From positions 443,140-507,139 of the forward strand of contig NMRA01000041.1 of assembly GCA_002633005.1 (NCBI GenBank): a stretch of 64,000 bases of DNA. The letters are read 5' to 3'. The number at the start of each line of letters is the position of its first letter. The first letter of the stretch is position 1. The position numbers were made by a program, and so were the translations under genes. Positions 25,333 through 37,971 of this stretch are shown piece by piece. Origin of the DNA: Phoronis australis. Lineage: Eukaryota > Animalia > Phoronida. The notes under the pieces were generated by a model. It was not told the DNA's origin. It was given only the letters and a program-made list of their open reading frames with translations, and did not search any database.

Positions 25333-26672
25333 TAAAGTTTGAGCACCCTGAAATGGTCAATGACTGTTACACTTCGATCGTTGGCAAACTTTTCCTTTCA
25401 CAAATGTGTAGTTCTCAATGCTTTGCTAGATTGATTTCACATTGTTGTAATTATCGGTACTTGATTTTCTTAACCTGAATTACAAACAAGCTGAATTTAC
25501 GAGCACATGTTGCCGTTCTGACGAAGTTGATATGATTATCATCCACCTTGTGCCTAAAAAAACGAGCGTCCCCCCACTCAGAAAAATACTTCGTCGTCAC
25601 AATCGTGTTTAAATACTATAGGTGCTTTTCAGTGTTAGCACATTCAACCATGACTAATTCATCATGTTTATTAACTAATGTAGATTCTCGCATTGCTGGT
25701 TCTCAACCCTGTCACATTGCAGATAGACGTTTTCACATGACAAAACGAGAGTGGCTAGTTAGTACTCTGTGTATCCTCTGGTGTATCTCTGATGATCACG
25801 TCTGTTTTCCTAGCGCGAGTTCCAAGGCTCAAACCCAGGATCACAACTTAATGGATGCTTTACATTCATCCAGTGCATGCTATTGAACATAGGCAGATCT
25901 TGAATATAGCAAGATAGACAGAAAGGTGTTTGGAAAAAGAATGTTTGCGTAACCCCAATGAAGGGGATGCCCTTAGACCAACGTACCACCACCTATGTTA
26001 AATTTCATTTTTTACTCGGCAAATATGTTTTTTGCGATTTCTGTTGATAAATAGTCAGGCAAAAATTGGCTGGTGTCCTTAAGCCGAGGTTGCCAGCACC
26101 CCAACACCACTGCCGCCACATTGATACTACAGGTAAGACCACGCATTCGGACTTGGGTGTTCATCTCGAGGCATCCGTAGTTCCGGATGAAAGAGAACAC
26201 TCGGTACTCACGTAGCACCATAAAAATCTAAAATTGGTTTAATTCGGTACACCATATCTCAGAAACCGCTTATTGAATACATACGACACTTTCAGATAAT
26301 ATGCTTTATGCATGTAAAAATATATCTTGTTCAGTGAGGCGTGCAATATGTTGCAAGCAGTTTATCTCGTTCAATCCGCCATCTTTCGATGACATCAGGT
26401 GACCTAATGAAATACATGTAAATCCGAATAGATTTCTGCCTCCAACCAGGACTCAAACCCAGGACCTTCTGCTCACCGTGCAGACGTTCCAGCCACCGGA
26501 GCCATCGGGACCACTGGTCAAACACAGAAATCCAATCAGACTCAGGACGTGACTTCGGACCTATATCCATCAGGTCACGTGATGTGACCAAAAAGACGGT
26601 GGATTGAACGGGATAAACTGCTTGCATCTGCTTTATTTATTCTTCTCCTAAACGTTAGGAATTATTTTAAAT
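25333..26672 (-). repeat. ~1.35 kb dispersed repeat, copy B (inverted relative to 15677-17063), intronic
   Basis: Reverse-complement match to copy A, including the IR-enclosed tRNA-like core. Confidence 0.88.
26437..26512 (-). other. tRNA-like sequence with intact anticodon stem (TCTGC-ACGGTGA-GCAGA), enclosed by IRs spanning 26352-26626
   Basis: A-box-like TGGCTCCGGTGG, B-box-like GGTTTGAGTCC and cloverleaf spacing. The acceptor stem is imperfect, so it is not called a functional tRNA. Confidence 0.72.
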
Positions 26673-27343
26673 AGTTTCCCCTTATACGAGAACGACCTTT
26701 ATGATTTTCATGTAAAAAAATAAATTTGTATAAAACAAAAATAAAATGATACCTTAGAAAACTGTAACAGCATTTTTGACAACATTTATGACACCGTTGC
26801 TTTGCTATCCACGTACCTCTCTTTTCCCTTTTTTTCTCTTTTTTCCAAATTTTACTGATAAAGACATACTTACGGGATTCAATTGATAAGACAATGATAA
26901 GGATAATCTTCCAACCAAGAACGTACCTGAATATACTTGTCATCTTTCTTTAGGCGAAGCAAATGACAGTCGCATTGTCTTCGGTTTTGCTTCGAAGATT
27001 TGTACAATGCACCGAGTGTCGCAATTTAGTAAGGGTTTACAACATTTGCAACTTACACTCATTACACTGTCTTTTAAAAATATGAACACCGTGTGTACCA
27101 AATAAAATGAATTACATTATCAGAAACGTTCATCTAGTTGTTGCAATGGTCTTTATAAATGTAAGCAAGGTTCAGTCGTCATCCGACTTGGTTTCCAATG
27201 GGAGTGAAAAGTGAAGTTTAAAATAAAAACCATGCCAATGTTCAGAGTGAACTATGTCTCGATATTTGGCAAATATCATCCTCAGTCAAACAGAATAAAA
27301 CAAAGCGGCTAAAGTAACGAAGCCAATTTTGATATTTTTACAG

Positions 27344-27429
27344 ATCCTAACACTTTTTACTACAAGAAACTGAAAATGAAGCGTATCTACCTCTTTAGAG
27401 GAGGTGCCCCGTTCACCATAAACGTGCCG
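27344..27429 (+). CDS. Putative exon 5
   Basis: ttttacag acceptor (phase 1) and ccg|gtaagt donor (phase 0); open frame DPNTFYYKKLKMKRIYLFRGGAPFTINVP. Confidence 0.7.
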
Positions 27430-27685
27430 GTAAGTAAAATGTCATTACTCATTTCTTATAAAATCAACAGCCAAGCATTTCTGAGCCCTATGTGAGAATG
27501 GTGGCAACTCGACGCGCACCCAGAAACGAAAAGTTAAAAACAAGGCAGACAATAGTCTTCCCTCACCTCTTTATTGCCAACTTGCATTTTGCATTAACAA
27601 AATTCTTTTCTCATGAATGGCATTTTAATGTATCTTCTCTTGTGTCGCAATCACAACAAAGTGGAAGCGTATGTGTTCATTCTAG

Positions 27686-27993
27686 GGATTGAGACTTACT
27701 AAAGAATGGTTTTACTACGAAGTTGCGCCAATTCAGGCTGCAGCACGTTATGCTGAGCGGTCAATGCGACATTTCAAAACCACAATCCCTTTGAAGGATG
27801 TTAACTTCATACTCGGAATGGAAATGAGTGCCGAAGTTTCAAAACTTGACAGTAAGTGGCAACCAGTGCTGACGTGGGAGTGCAAGCAGAGCAAACACGT
27901 GCATCGCTTTCAAGTGGAACCTTTGAACGGCAGAAGAATTCTTGTGGAGGATATCGAAAATGGATGCACTTTAAACGAAGATGGCTCAATAAC
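27686..27993 (+). CDS. Putative exon 6 (unassigned domain)
   Basis: ttctag acceptor (phase 0); 308-bp open frame GLRLTKEWFYYEV...ENGCTLNEDGSIT; donor ac|gtatgt (phase 2). Confidence 0.7.
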
Positions 27994-28162
27994 GTATGTG
28001 TTCTTAAATATCAGCGTTGGTGTAGGAACGTTTTCTCAGGGGCGGGGAGAAAAAGTCAGGGGTCCAAAAAAGTGATCGTTGCCAGTAACCAACGTGAGGC
28101 GACGCACCTCCTACTTTAGGCCAGTCTCAGTCAGCAAAATTGTGTTTCTTATCAAGTTTCAG

Positions 28163-28385
28163 AAAGTTCGATGTCACTGCCGACGAGAAATTAGAATTAT
28201 TGCACGACAACACAACATCGAAATATATCGTCTCCGTTTGTGCACGACATATTTTGTCGCACGCTGCACGTCTTTTCACCTTCAAGAGGGCGACAGTGTG
28301 TTTTGAGTGCTACAGTATATGCTTTTACATTGTGATAGCACATATTGTCACCCCCGTGGCTGAGTACGTTTTGACCGACGCGTGA
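28163..28385 (+). CDS. Putative last exon, possibly a frameshifted PAN/apple-like domain
   Basis: tttcag acceptor (phase 2), in frame to a TGA at 28383-28385. CAR, CTSF and QCVLS motifs are spread over three frames. Confidence 0.5.
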
Positions 28386-29002
28386 GTGCGTGAATGCGGA
28401 TTTAGAGCTCGTGGAGCAACCGAAAGTTAAGAGTAGGACAGATCCGAGGGACACTTTATCCTGCCACAGCATGTGTCTAATTAGCCGGAAATTGTGCATA
28501 TCCGTGTCACAGGGACATGTGTGCAGTTTAGCGAAATACTAAGTCTCTATCTATAGGAAAACACGTTACTCGCAGAAATTTATATATTTTCTTGTTTGGC
28601 ACATTGTGGCTTTTAGGACGGACAGGGCGTGGAGGTGAAATTGTCGTTTCCGTGGACTTTTTAATAAAGTACGTAACCCATACTTTGCCGATATGAAAAA
28701 TAACTGATATGCGTTTAGAAATGAACTGTCCTGCTACGTACAGTAGTTTTGATTTAGACCACTTTCCGTTATGGAAATGGTCTCAAATTGTTACTTAGCC
28801 AAACTAGGTTAATGAAATGACAACGACATTATACCGGAACCTGATATCAACGATCCCGGTTGGCATCGGAAAGATATAACATCGGGCTCAGTAACTTAGA
28901 GGCACGGGAATGTCGGGACGGCAGAACGTAAAGGTTGGACACGGAAAACAATTTGGCTACTTCTGTAAAATGAATGTGGAATACACCATATTTAAATACA
29001 GA

Positions 29003-32000
29003 TAGTCAGGTTCACTATGTGAAACTTTTGACATTTGTTGGAGTTTTTGGGGGAAAGTGGAAACTATACATTCTTGGAAACCTCATGGAGTGACAAGTCA
29101 GAAAATAATCGATTTCAATTTTGTGGTGCTCACCTTGGAGGCCATCTTGGATTTTCAAAAATGGCGGCGGTACAATGGATTTGGCCGAATTTATCAGCCC
29201 TTGGATGATTGACAATGTTAATGTCTATGGCTACACCTGCAGTTCTGTGGTCAATGAATTTGAAATATTAATTTTATTGGCGGCCATCTTGGTGGCCATC
29301 TTGAAATTTCACAAATGGCGCCCGTAAAATACATTTTGGTCAATATTTCTGCTTCTTGGTCACTTAGAATGTTAGTTTTAATGGCTGCACCCACATTTTG
29401 TGAGGTAAGGAATTGAAAAACACTATTTCTAAAATGATACATGTAAACTAAATGATTTTAATAGCAGATACGAACCCCTAGAATATATAAAGGAATCACA
29501 GAAACGCAGATTAACCTGCATGTATATTTACAGTGTATATCTATATTTTTGAAAAGAAATTTGAGACATATCTTTTGAAGATTTCGTTATTATTTCCACT
29601 GTTCACTTTGGAATGTAGTTCTCCTCTGCTCACTGGAAATGAATTTTGCCTTTGACAGTAGCATGGCAGTAACCAGGATGAGGATCAATGGCGAGATAAA
29701 CAGGCGTTGTAGCCTGCTGGGCAAATCGCCCAGAAACATGCTATCGGCCACTATGAATTCACCCTAACACCAAGAGCAATCTTTGCTGCCAGTGGAGCAA
29801 TGCTGTCATGCACAGACAAATCCAATCGAAACCACCTTCTGCAGAAACTTTCCGAAGAAGGTGTGTTAGAACAGGACAGTCCTCAAGCTGCCTGCAAGTG
29901 AGTTTTTAGACCCGGAAAGCATATAAACAACATCCAATTAGTGTGTTCACCCAAGCCACAAAACTGCACGTGTGGATAGTATGGAAGAGATTATGACGAT
30001 AACATTCTGGTTTTTGACACGCACAAAGACAACTCTTTGAGAAAAAGGAGGCAGAGAAAGGGTCAAGTACAGTACCCGATACGAGATGAGACTTACATAA
30101 AGAACATTCCAATGAGCCTTTTCCTCTCCCATGACCAAAAAGGCTCAAGTAACTGAATATCTGTCTGCAAAGACACTAGAATATAATAAAAACTGCCAAG
30201 ATAGCCATTACTTAAGCTTTAGGAATAACAAACAGCAACCGACGTGATCTACGCTTAAAAAAACGATCACCATAAAGCAGATGTAATGGTGTAGCACTGT
30301 ACATCATGCAGTTCTGGCATCACATCAAAAGTTCTCTGATTCTCGGCTGATGTTTTTTTCACCTGACATAGATTTAACTGCTGCTCGTCATTGCCTATTA
30401 TGACAGGCTTTTCAGAAATACTTCAGTCCCCATGGCATCTGGGATTGTGGATGTGAATCCAATATGGACAATATTAGTTGCTGTCCGGGCAAAGGTTCTT
30501 CCTGCTTCCCATGCTTTTACATGGACAGAAAACAGGGGTCCATTCTGTAGGATGAATGTATTTTTGAAGGAAGGCAAACACTGATGATATCAATGCACTG
30601 CAGACTTTTTGTACTGCTTATTGAGTAACAGGCGAACCTCTTTTCACATTAGCCCCTTTTACATGTGCATATTCACCACAGGGTATAGACACAAATAGCA
30701 TCCCATTGGTAAGAAGGTACCTCCCCTGTAAACATACGGCTGACAGCGACAAACGTCCGCCAACCATTGGTTCTTTGAAACAGCAAGTGCTGAGGGTGTT
30801 TATTCAAACCAGTGTGTGGGGCCAGGCAGTCATTGCTCGACAGGAGTTCCTTGACCCATCGCAGAATGAATTTACAAGAACAGAGATGACCAACTGAAAC
30901 CCTCACAACTGAGGAGCTTACGGCGCCAGAGGCTATCATTGAGATAGTTAAATGCCAGTGCAAAAACAATTCCTCTTTCCAAAGATGCTCTTGCGGATCA
31001 AAGAACCTACATGTATCTTTCACAGATCTATATCAGTACCCTAGACATCTTAATACATGGACCGGGCGCGCGCCACCCAGATACATGCAGCTCGCGTTGT
31101 CAATATGACGCCATATTGGAGAATGCTACACAGGACAAAAATGGCGGAAAACACTGGGAGCCCTACGGCATCAGTCAGAAAATCGGCGGACTCGCAGTGT
31201 TAGGCTTGCAGCCAACGAGTTAAGATTATTGGTCCTGCTATTGAGTCATAGTTTTTTTGGTTTGGCCATGGATTTTATTGGTTCTGCAACTAGGTTTTTG
31301 TGTTCTGCCACCATAATTTAAGCGTTATATGCGTTATTTCCACACCAGTCTTGGTGGTTGAGGCCATATATGATCAATTAAAAAAGGTAATTATTAACTG
31401 GCATATGCTATTATCCAATTATGATGCTGTTTGCTAATTATTTTTAAGTAAATATTTATCATCACTGACAATCATATGTATTTTTGCTTGAACTGAAAAA
31501 TAACATCCCCGAACTTGTTCGCCAGCCGGGGCACCGAAGTCAGTACATGAATAGTGTATTCTCTATTGAAATATATACTGCTTTAAAAACTCATTTCTTA
31601 ATATGTATTGCAAAATCAGATGTTTTCTGTTATATCAAAACAACAAAATCTCTGCAAAATCTGTACTTACAGTATGTCGAAGTTGATATTGGAAATTTTG
31701 TAGATTTGCACTGCTTGCTAACGAGCTATCTGTTTTGTGACGAAACTTGCGGAAAAAGTAAAGTGCATAATAACCAAAATATCAAAGCTGTACGAATGAA
31801 TTGCACATCTAACCTTTACCCAAAATACAGAATTTCCCACTCAAAACCGAATGGAAATATACCCAACCGAGCCGATGTAGCCGTTTTAATCACGACTCCG
31901 TGAAAAATTTCCCCGGTTAGTTTTTCACAGGGTCTGAATTTAATGTGAACCATATTCAGCCCATGAAAAAATGAACCTACGTCCGTGAAAACCTGTCCCG

Positions 32001-34180
32001 TCATTGTTCAACGATTTTCCGCAACATGGGGTTTGGATAATCAAACAGCGTGCGTGAGAGAAGCATTTATTTTAAATTTCTCGGCTGAGGGTCGCGTAGT
32101 ACGTATATCAGATTCAGAGCGGGCATGGATAGGAACAGTTCGAAATAATGTGTGCCAGAGCGGGGCTGATCTCTTTGTGAGCACACGGTGTGGGGATACT
32201 ACAAAGCGCCAACAAGTGCCTGGTGCTTGATCGGGGGAACTTCAGATCGTGAGAGAGAAATAACGTGCGTGAGAGAAGAATATTTGTTTGTTGGCAATTG
32301 CGAGCGATGCACAAGAAAGGAACTGAGTCTGTGTTCTTTGTTTTTTTACGTTACGACGTTCTCCCGTTGAGCCTAACTTGTTAAGTTGTATATCACAACA
32401 AGTTGGGCGGATAGTCACTGTAGCCAATATCTTTTACTGACGACTGATTAAGTCCATTCTGACAGTTAGGGTTGCATGGTCTCGGTCAGCTCTCTTTTGT
32501 TCGATAATTTCTCTCATCTCCGATAAGATCGTATCTTATATCCTCCCTGGGCTGTGCTGTTAAAAATGAATAAGTTATAAAATGTTTGAACATAAGCCAA
32601 TGACATTTCTTAATTGTCCATCAAATAATGATCAATCTTATAGTTTTTGAATCACCAAAATCGCCCAACTACATGTTAAGAAAATCTATTCTGTCCGAAC
32701 GTACCGACGTACTGAGTTTGACTGTGTTCACAAGTGATCGGTTATACGCAGGGTAGATAATTTATCTGCATGTTGTCATACCAGACAAAAGACTATGCTC
32801 GGCAGTTAACAAAGGAGTTAGATTTTATCACACGCTCAAAACCGCTGTACTAAACAGGAGAACGCCCTAATGAACTTTAAAAAAACATTCACTTATTTTT
32901 ATGACCCAAATGAAGTGATTTTTTCACAATAGTTCACATCAAATTTAGACCCCATTGAAAGCGACGAGAGTCATATTTTAATTTTACAAAGTTACCCGGG
33001 GTCATTGTTCAACACTCTGTGAAAAAGATTAGTAGGGCACAAGGAAGGTACGTCCCGAGTGAGCGGCACTTCTCCTGGATATAATATACTTGCATCGAGC
33101 GACACGAATTAAATAATAAAGTTGCACGATCTTAGTGGTTTCTCTTGAAAAAACAAAAAAAATAAAACGCTCGCAGTGGATTAACAGACATGCGGCCGCT
33201 CAGGCCCCTCGAAAATCTGCCACTGGTTGCGATCTTCTAATAATTTGGTATTTACCCTATCGACTGATCAATCTTAAAAAAACGCTTGTAAGTGCTGCAT
33301 CACATGATTTTGTATGTCTCTGAAAACAATCACTTTCTTCAGCCTCATTATTTGTTAGATATCACGCTTTGAAAAGGAAAACTTGCATCTTTTGTTTACA
33401 CGGCAATTAGGCGTGTCACCTGACTAGTATGGCGTCAAGTTGTCAGCAGGAGGAGCGCGTGCGCCCGGTCTATGTGATGTCTATGGTCAGTACAGTGCAG
33501 AATGTCAGAATGGTCATGACGATGTGATTCCTGGTGACAGTGATGGCTACAGTAATGATATGAAGACCGATTTCAAAGTTTTGAAAGACTATTGACACTA
33601 CAAAAATCGTACTTAGTGTCGTGTTCTTCAAACGTAAATAAGTTGTTTAGGTACTGGTTTAGTTTTAAGTGCCTGCGAACAAAATATACAAGAAAGTAAG
33701 ATAGTGATAATGTGTCGGATTACATGAAGAATGCAATTAAAAAATGTGGCTGCTAATAAATGGGGTTTTGATTATGTCTGCATTTAATAAGTTGCATTTT
33801 CAGTTTTGTGGACCACAAAAATGTGGGTGCAGCCATTAAAACTAACCTTTTTAAGTGACCCAAGAGCAAAGATACTGAGGAAAATGTATTTTACGGGTGC
33901 CATTTTCTAAAATCGAAGATGGCCGCCAAGATGGCGCCCAAGAATTTAAAATTTCCATTTCCTTGACCTGAGAAATGCAGATGTGCCATAAAAACAACAT
34001 TCTAAGTGACCCAAAAGCGGAGATATTGGGCAAAATCCATTTTACAAGCGCCATTTTTGAAAATCCAAGATGGCTGCCAAGATGGCCGCCAAAATAGAAG
34101 CAATTATTTTCTGATTTGTCATTCCACGAGGTTTCCAAAAATGTATAGTTTCCACTTTCCCCAAACAATTCCAACTAAAG
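29003..34180 (+). mobile_element. Decayed Academ (AcademX-like) DNA transposon with long TIRs
   Basis: Starts TAGTCAGG; ~400-bp TIRs (29030-29450 / 33790-34180, outer right tip lost). Relic protein motifs HHKADV, FSPDID, RAKVLPASHAF, PPTIGSLKQQVLRVFIQTSVW and APEAIIEIVKCQCK...RCSC (XPG-like and Cys-rich tail). Confidence 0.8.
31040..33485. mobile_element. Non-autonomous P-element-like transposon inserted in the Academ Cys-rich domain
   Basis: Termini C(C/A)TAGACATC...ACAT.GACCGGGCGC; 8-bp TSD atcagtac/gtcagtac. Removal rejoins KNL...TDLYQYSAECQN. Confidence 0.8.
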
Positions 34181-37100
34181 TACTTTTTCCAATGGTTACA
34201 TTAAATCGTAAAAAACGCAGATTTTCGTCGTTTTGATATTAATGTGGAAATTTAAGTCAATTTTCTAACTTGATGAGCAATACCTGATCGTGAAATGTTG
34301 AAATACAATTCCGTATTTTATCACTGTCGTTGAAGTTTTAAAGAGGCAAGTATTATTGAACTGACAATGTCACAATGTCACCGGTTAATTTGATAACAAA
34401 TCTGCCCTAAGCGTAAATGAGAAGTTTTTGATTTTCTAAAAAATCAGTAAATTTATACAGGATGGTGATAAAGATTCACTGTTTTTATTCCATATATTCC
34501 ATGCCTACCGTATTCAAAACGTTTCTTATAATTTGCCTCAATGCGATAACTGTCAAGTGTTACTTCGCAAAATATGAGCATTTTGAGTTTAACGAAATCA
34601 AACTAAACTGTTAAGATATAAGAGAAAATTCCGTCTCACCAAATTAGATAGTAACTGACACTTGTGGCTTTGGCTATCCAAAGGAATTTCCTCGGTTTCT
34701 TAATGTTTGGATTCATTGCGATGTTGATTTGGTTTTCTTTTAAAGAAAAACTAAATGAAAAAGGCGGTCTTAACTAAATCTCCATCCTTTTTATCCTCCA
34801 ATCTCACTGCTTCTCAGAGAATGCTCCCCCAGTCTGATGATACCCGTCTCGATATTCCTCCACTACCATTACCCCTTATATCTGTGTCCTACGAAACCGA
34901 TGTTCCTCAACCCTTCTTATCCGATAACCCGTAAATTCAATTACTTTGCGACTCCTTGGTATGCATCAGCCCATTGCGTGATAAAACGCTACAAATTTGA
35001 GGGTTTGAAATGATTGGCAACCTGGGAGCACTGCATTAAGTGGATTCAATCACCTCGAACAATATCCATTAATGTCCATATAATTATTTTTCAGGTTTCA
35101 TATTCGAAACGCAATAAATGTTGCAGACCATGGCATCTACAGAGTGTCTGAAAATACGCTCAACATTCATGGCATATTTTTTGTGGGAGTTGTAGGTAAG
35201 TTAAAGTTGTTTACAAACATATCTTTTCTAAGAGTTGTATGGTGTATAGCTCGCTCATTGAGGCAGCTGGTGTGCACTGTGCTACCAACGCGCCCCTGGA
35301 TTTTTTCGTAAAGAGGTCCCCTCCTTAAGTTCACTAGGAAAGAGCTACATACGTAAACATTCAAACAGGCTTATATTTCTTATGTACGGATGGGGACACA
35401 TAGTACATGGCTGTATCATTTGCACTCAGTGGTTTTTGGTTTCATAGCTATGACTTACTGGGCTAAAGTGGCATATTTGGAATTTTACGTTCCCCCAATT
35501 TCCTTTTTTGTACGGAAAAAGTGAATACAAGGTATAGGTGGTCATGAAGGTTCACGTGAATTAATCAAATTTGATTATTGCAGTTAACAGATATTATAAC
35601 TAAATTTGTAGGAGAGGAGATATCTTAACAGACATTCTACGAGAAAATTAAAAGAAATCAAATCACCCTAGGGGTCATCTTCCAGATTGAATTTAAGCTC
35701 TGTGTATGTCATCATGATGTGGCGCTGATACAAAAATCGCAAATTTCGCACTTATTGACCTCTTAGTATTAACCTATAGGCCTTCAAAGCTTTAGGTAGA
35801 AAATGGCACGTTTTTGCATACTAAAACAGCAGTTTTCAAAATAAAAACAGGTGGATTGCATGCAGTGAGAGAAAACACATAGGAAATGGGACACGAGGAC
35901 TATCAAATGAAATTGATATTAATGATTTCGCTGCGCGCATCACGTGACATGGGGGTAAATCTGTAAGCATTTTTTGCAGTGTTTAAAGTGCGTGTCATTC
36001 AAATCCTTCTACAAGCCAGTTTGAGGGGTGTAGACATTGACATTTGTTTTTGGAAAGATCTTGGATATGTAAAACAAATTTTAAAAATCTCTTGAATGGT
36101 TGTTGTTTGATTTAAATTTTGTTCTAAAAATGACCTAGTGTTGCGTATTCTACATTTTTAAACGAATGTTTTTGTAACTCTGTTACATTTAGAATGGATT
36201 CAAGAAAGATAATTAATGGAAATCAACATTTTTGGGACCATAATGCTGTCTGAGATATCCATATTACCATTTCACTCACTGAACGTTCACAACTGACCGT
36301 GGGTCAGGCACAGAAGATGACACAGCTGCCTGGTAACTGTACCACTAACGATTAACGACGTTAGATAAAATTTCTTAGGGTGACATGAATAATTACTGGG
36401 ATTTTTAAAGAAATAATCCGAATTTTTCAATAATTCAAGGCAATCTAGCTCTTATTTATAAAAAATCTTTTGAACTAAGGGTTCGGGACTGTATGAAGCG
36501 GTTAAACCGAAAATTATTTTTTCACTTTGATGACAAAAGCCTGCATCACAGGAAAGGCATAATTGTCTGAAATTCAAATGTGAAAAAATATCAAAATCGC
36601 ATGGTGCATTTAAAAGTTATACTATCAATGTGTTAAGTTTTGACTTTATTTCGTTCGGGTCGGCCATCTTGCGATGGCAGTAGCATAAGCTAAGTACTTA
36701 AACATTGTTTTCACAAATTTTCCAGCAGTAAATTTTAGTAGCACATATCTTTACCTACCATTCTACACAATCCAAAAGTTTACATCAGTATTTAATGACG
36801 CAGGTGTAACTTTGTGAATTGAATGGTTAAAGTGCTTGCAATTCACGTTAGAGAACATGGCGACTTTTTGAACTGAAAGTCATATTCAACCGGCTACATA
36901 GTCATCATTTAAGATTTAACTACAATTAATTTGGAGACGCCTTGTTACAAAAAGCAGTTTTTACAGTGTTCCTGTGCTTGTGCCATATTTACTATGAATC
37001 TTCTATTTGTTTCAATGTTGAATGCCCATTCAATTGACCTTGCATTCTGCTAAAGTCTGTTGAAATTGTTTTGAAACCTGTTTTATTGTTTGACAGATAA

Positions 37101-37807
37101 CTTCTGTTAGAGGTATGATCATTTTATGTCACAACAGAACCCAGATTTTTCTGTGCTCAAATTGTCCATTTGATTCGTGTTTTGTAACTAGTTACTTTCT
37201 ACTTAAAGATACAACCAAATGGGAAAATGATACTTGATTTACAGAAATTGGTTACATTTGGATTATGAAGGGTAAAACCTACTCGAATCCTTCTGCGTCA
37301 TATTTTTTATTATTTATCATTTAGGCTGTTAGGATCTTTTTGGTTTGCGTATTAATTTGTACCAAGATCACTTTGCTAGAAGTAAGTCTCAGCTACTATG
37401 AAAAATTTGAAACCCGTGCTCCAATATTTTTAAGAGATGTCATTTTTATCTCTCATGAAGTCTGGCAACAGGTGACAAAATCAGATTTAGGTGTAATCGG
37501 TTAAATGATTAACATCCTGTAAAAATGACAAAACTGAGACTTTATATATGTTATGTAATGATTGTCAGGTAATAATGTGGACGTTACCAGGGCACCAGTT
37601 ACCAGAGGTTAGACGCATAAACGGTTTCCAACGTGCTAAAACTGTCAATGGTGTAGCAGCACAGGTTAGATTCATTCGAAAACATGCATGTAAATAATAT
37701 AATGCAACATATATTTTGGCTAAATTAGTAGTAGGACGTTGAAAAGAAAAACGACGCTAGACTGCAGCATGTAAATGACATCATCAGGTTCAATAGTATA
37801 AATAAAT

Positions 37808-37971
37808 ATAGATTATTACATGGCGAAGTCGTTATCCCTCGTTATCTAGAGCACGAGTGGATTTTGGAGAATTATCGCCCGAGGGGCCTAAGCCCCGAGG
37901 GTGATAATTCTCCAAAATCCACGAGGGCTCTAGCTAAGAGGCATAACGGCTGAGAACATGTAATAATCTAT
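37808..37971. repeat. ~165-bp imperfect palindrome (fold-back), possibly a Crypton-like element end
   Basis: Arms atagattattacatg...gtggattttggagaattatc.cccgaggggc / gccccgaggg.gataattctccaaaatccac...catgtaataatctat around a 4-nt loop. The family label is tentative. Confidence 0.85.

Noticed and set aside
34200-37790. Several partial Kolobok-like or other TE ends in AT-rich DNA (similar case at ~63230)
   Set aside because: No matching partner TIR or TSD was found within the window.
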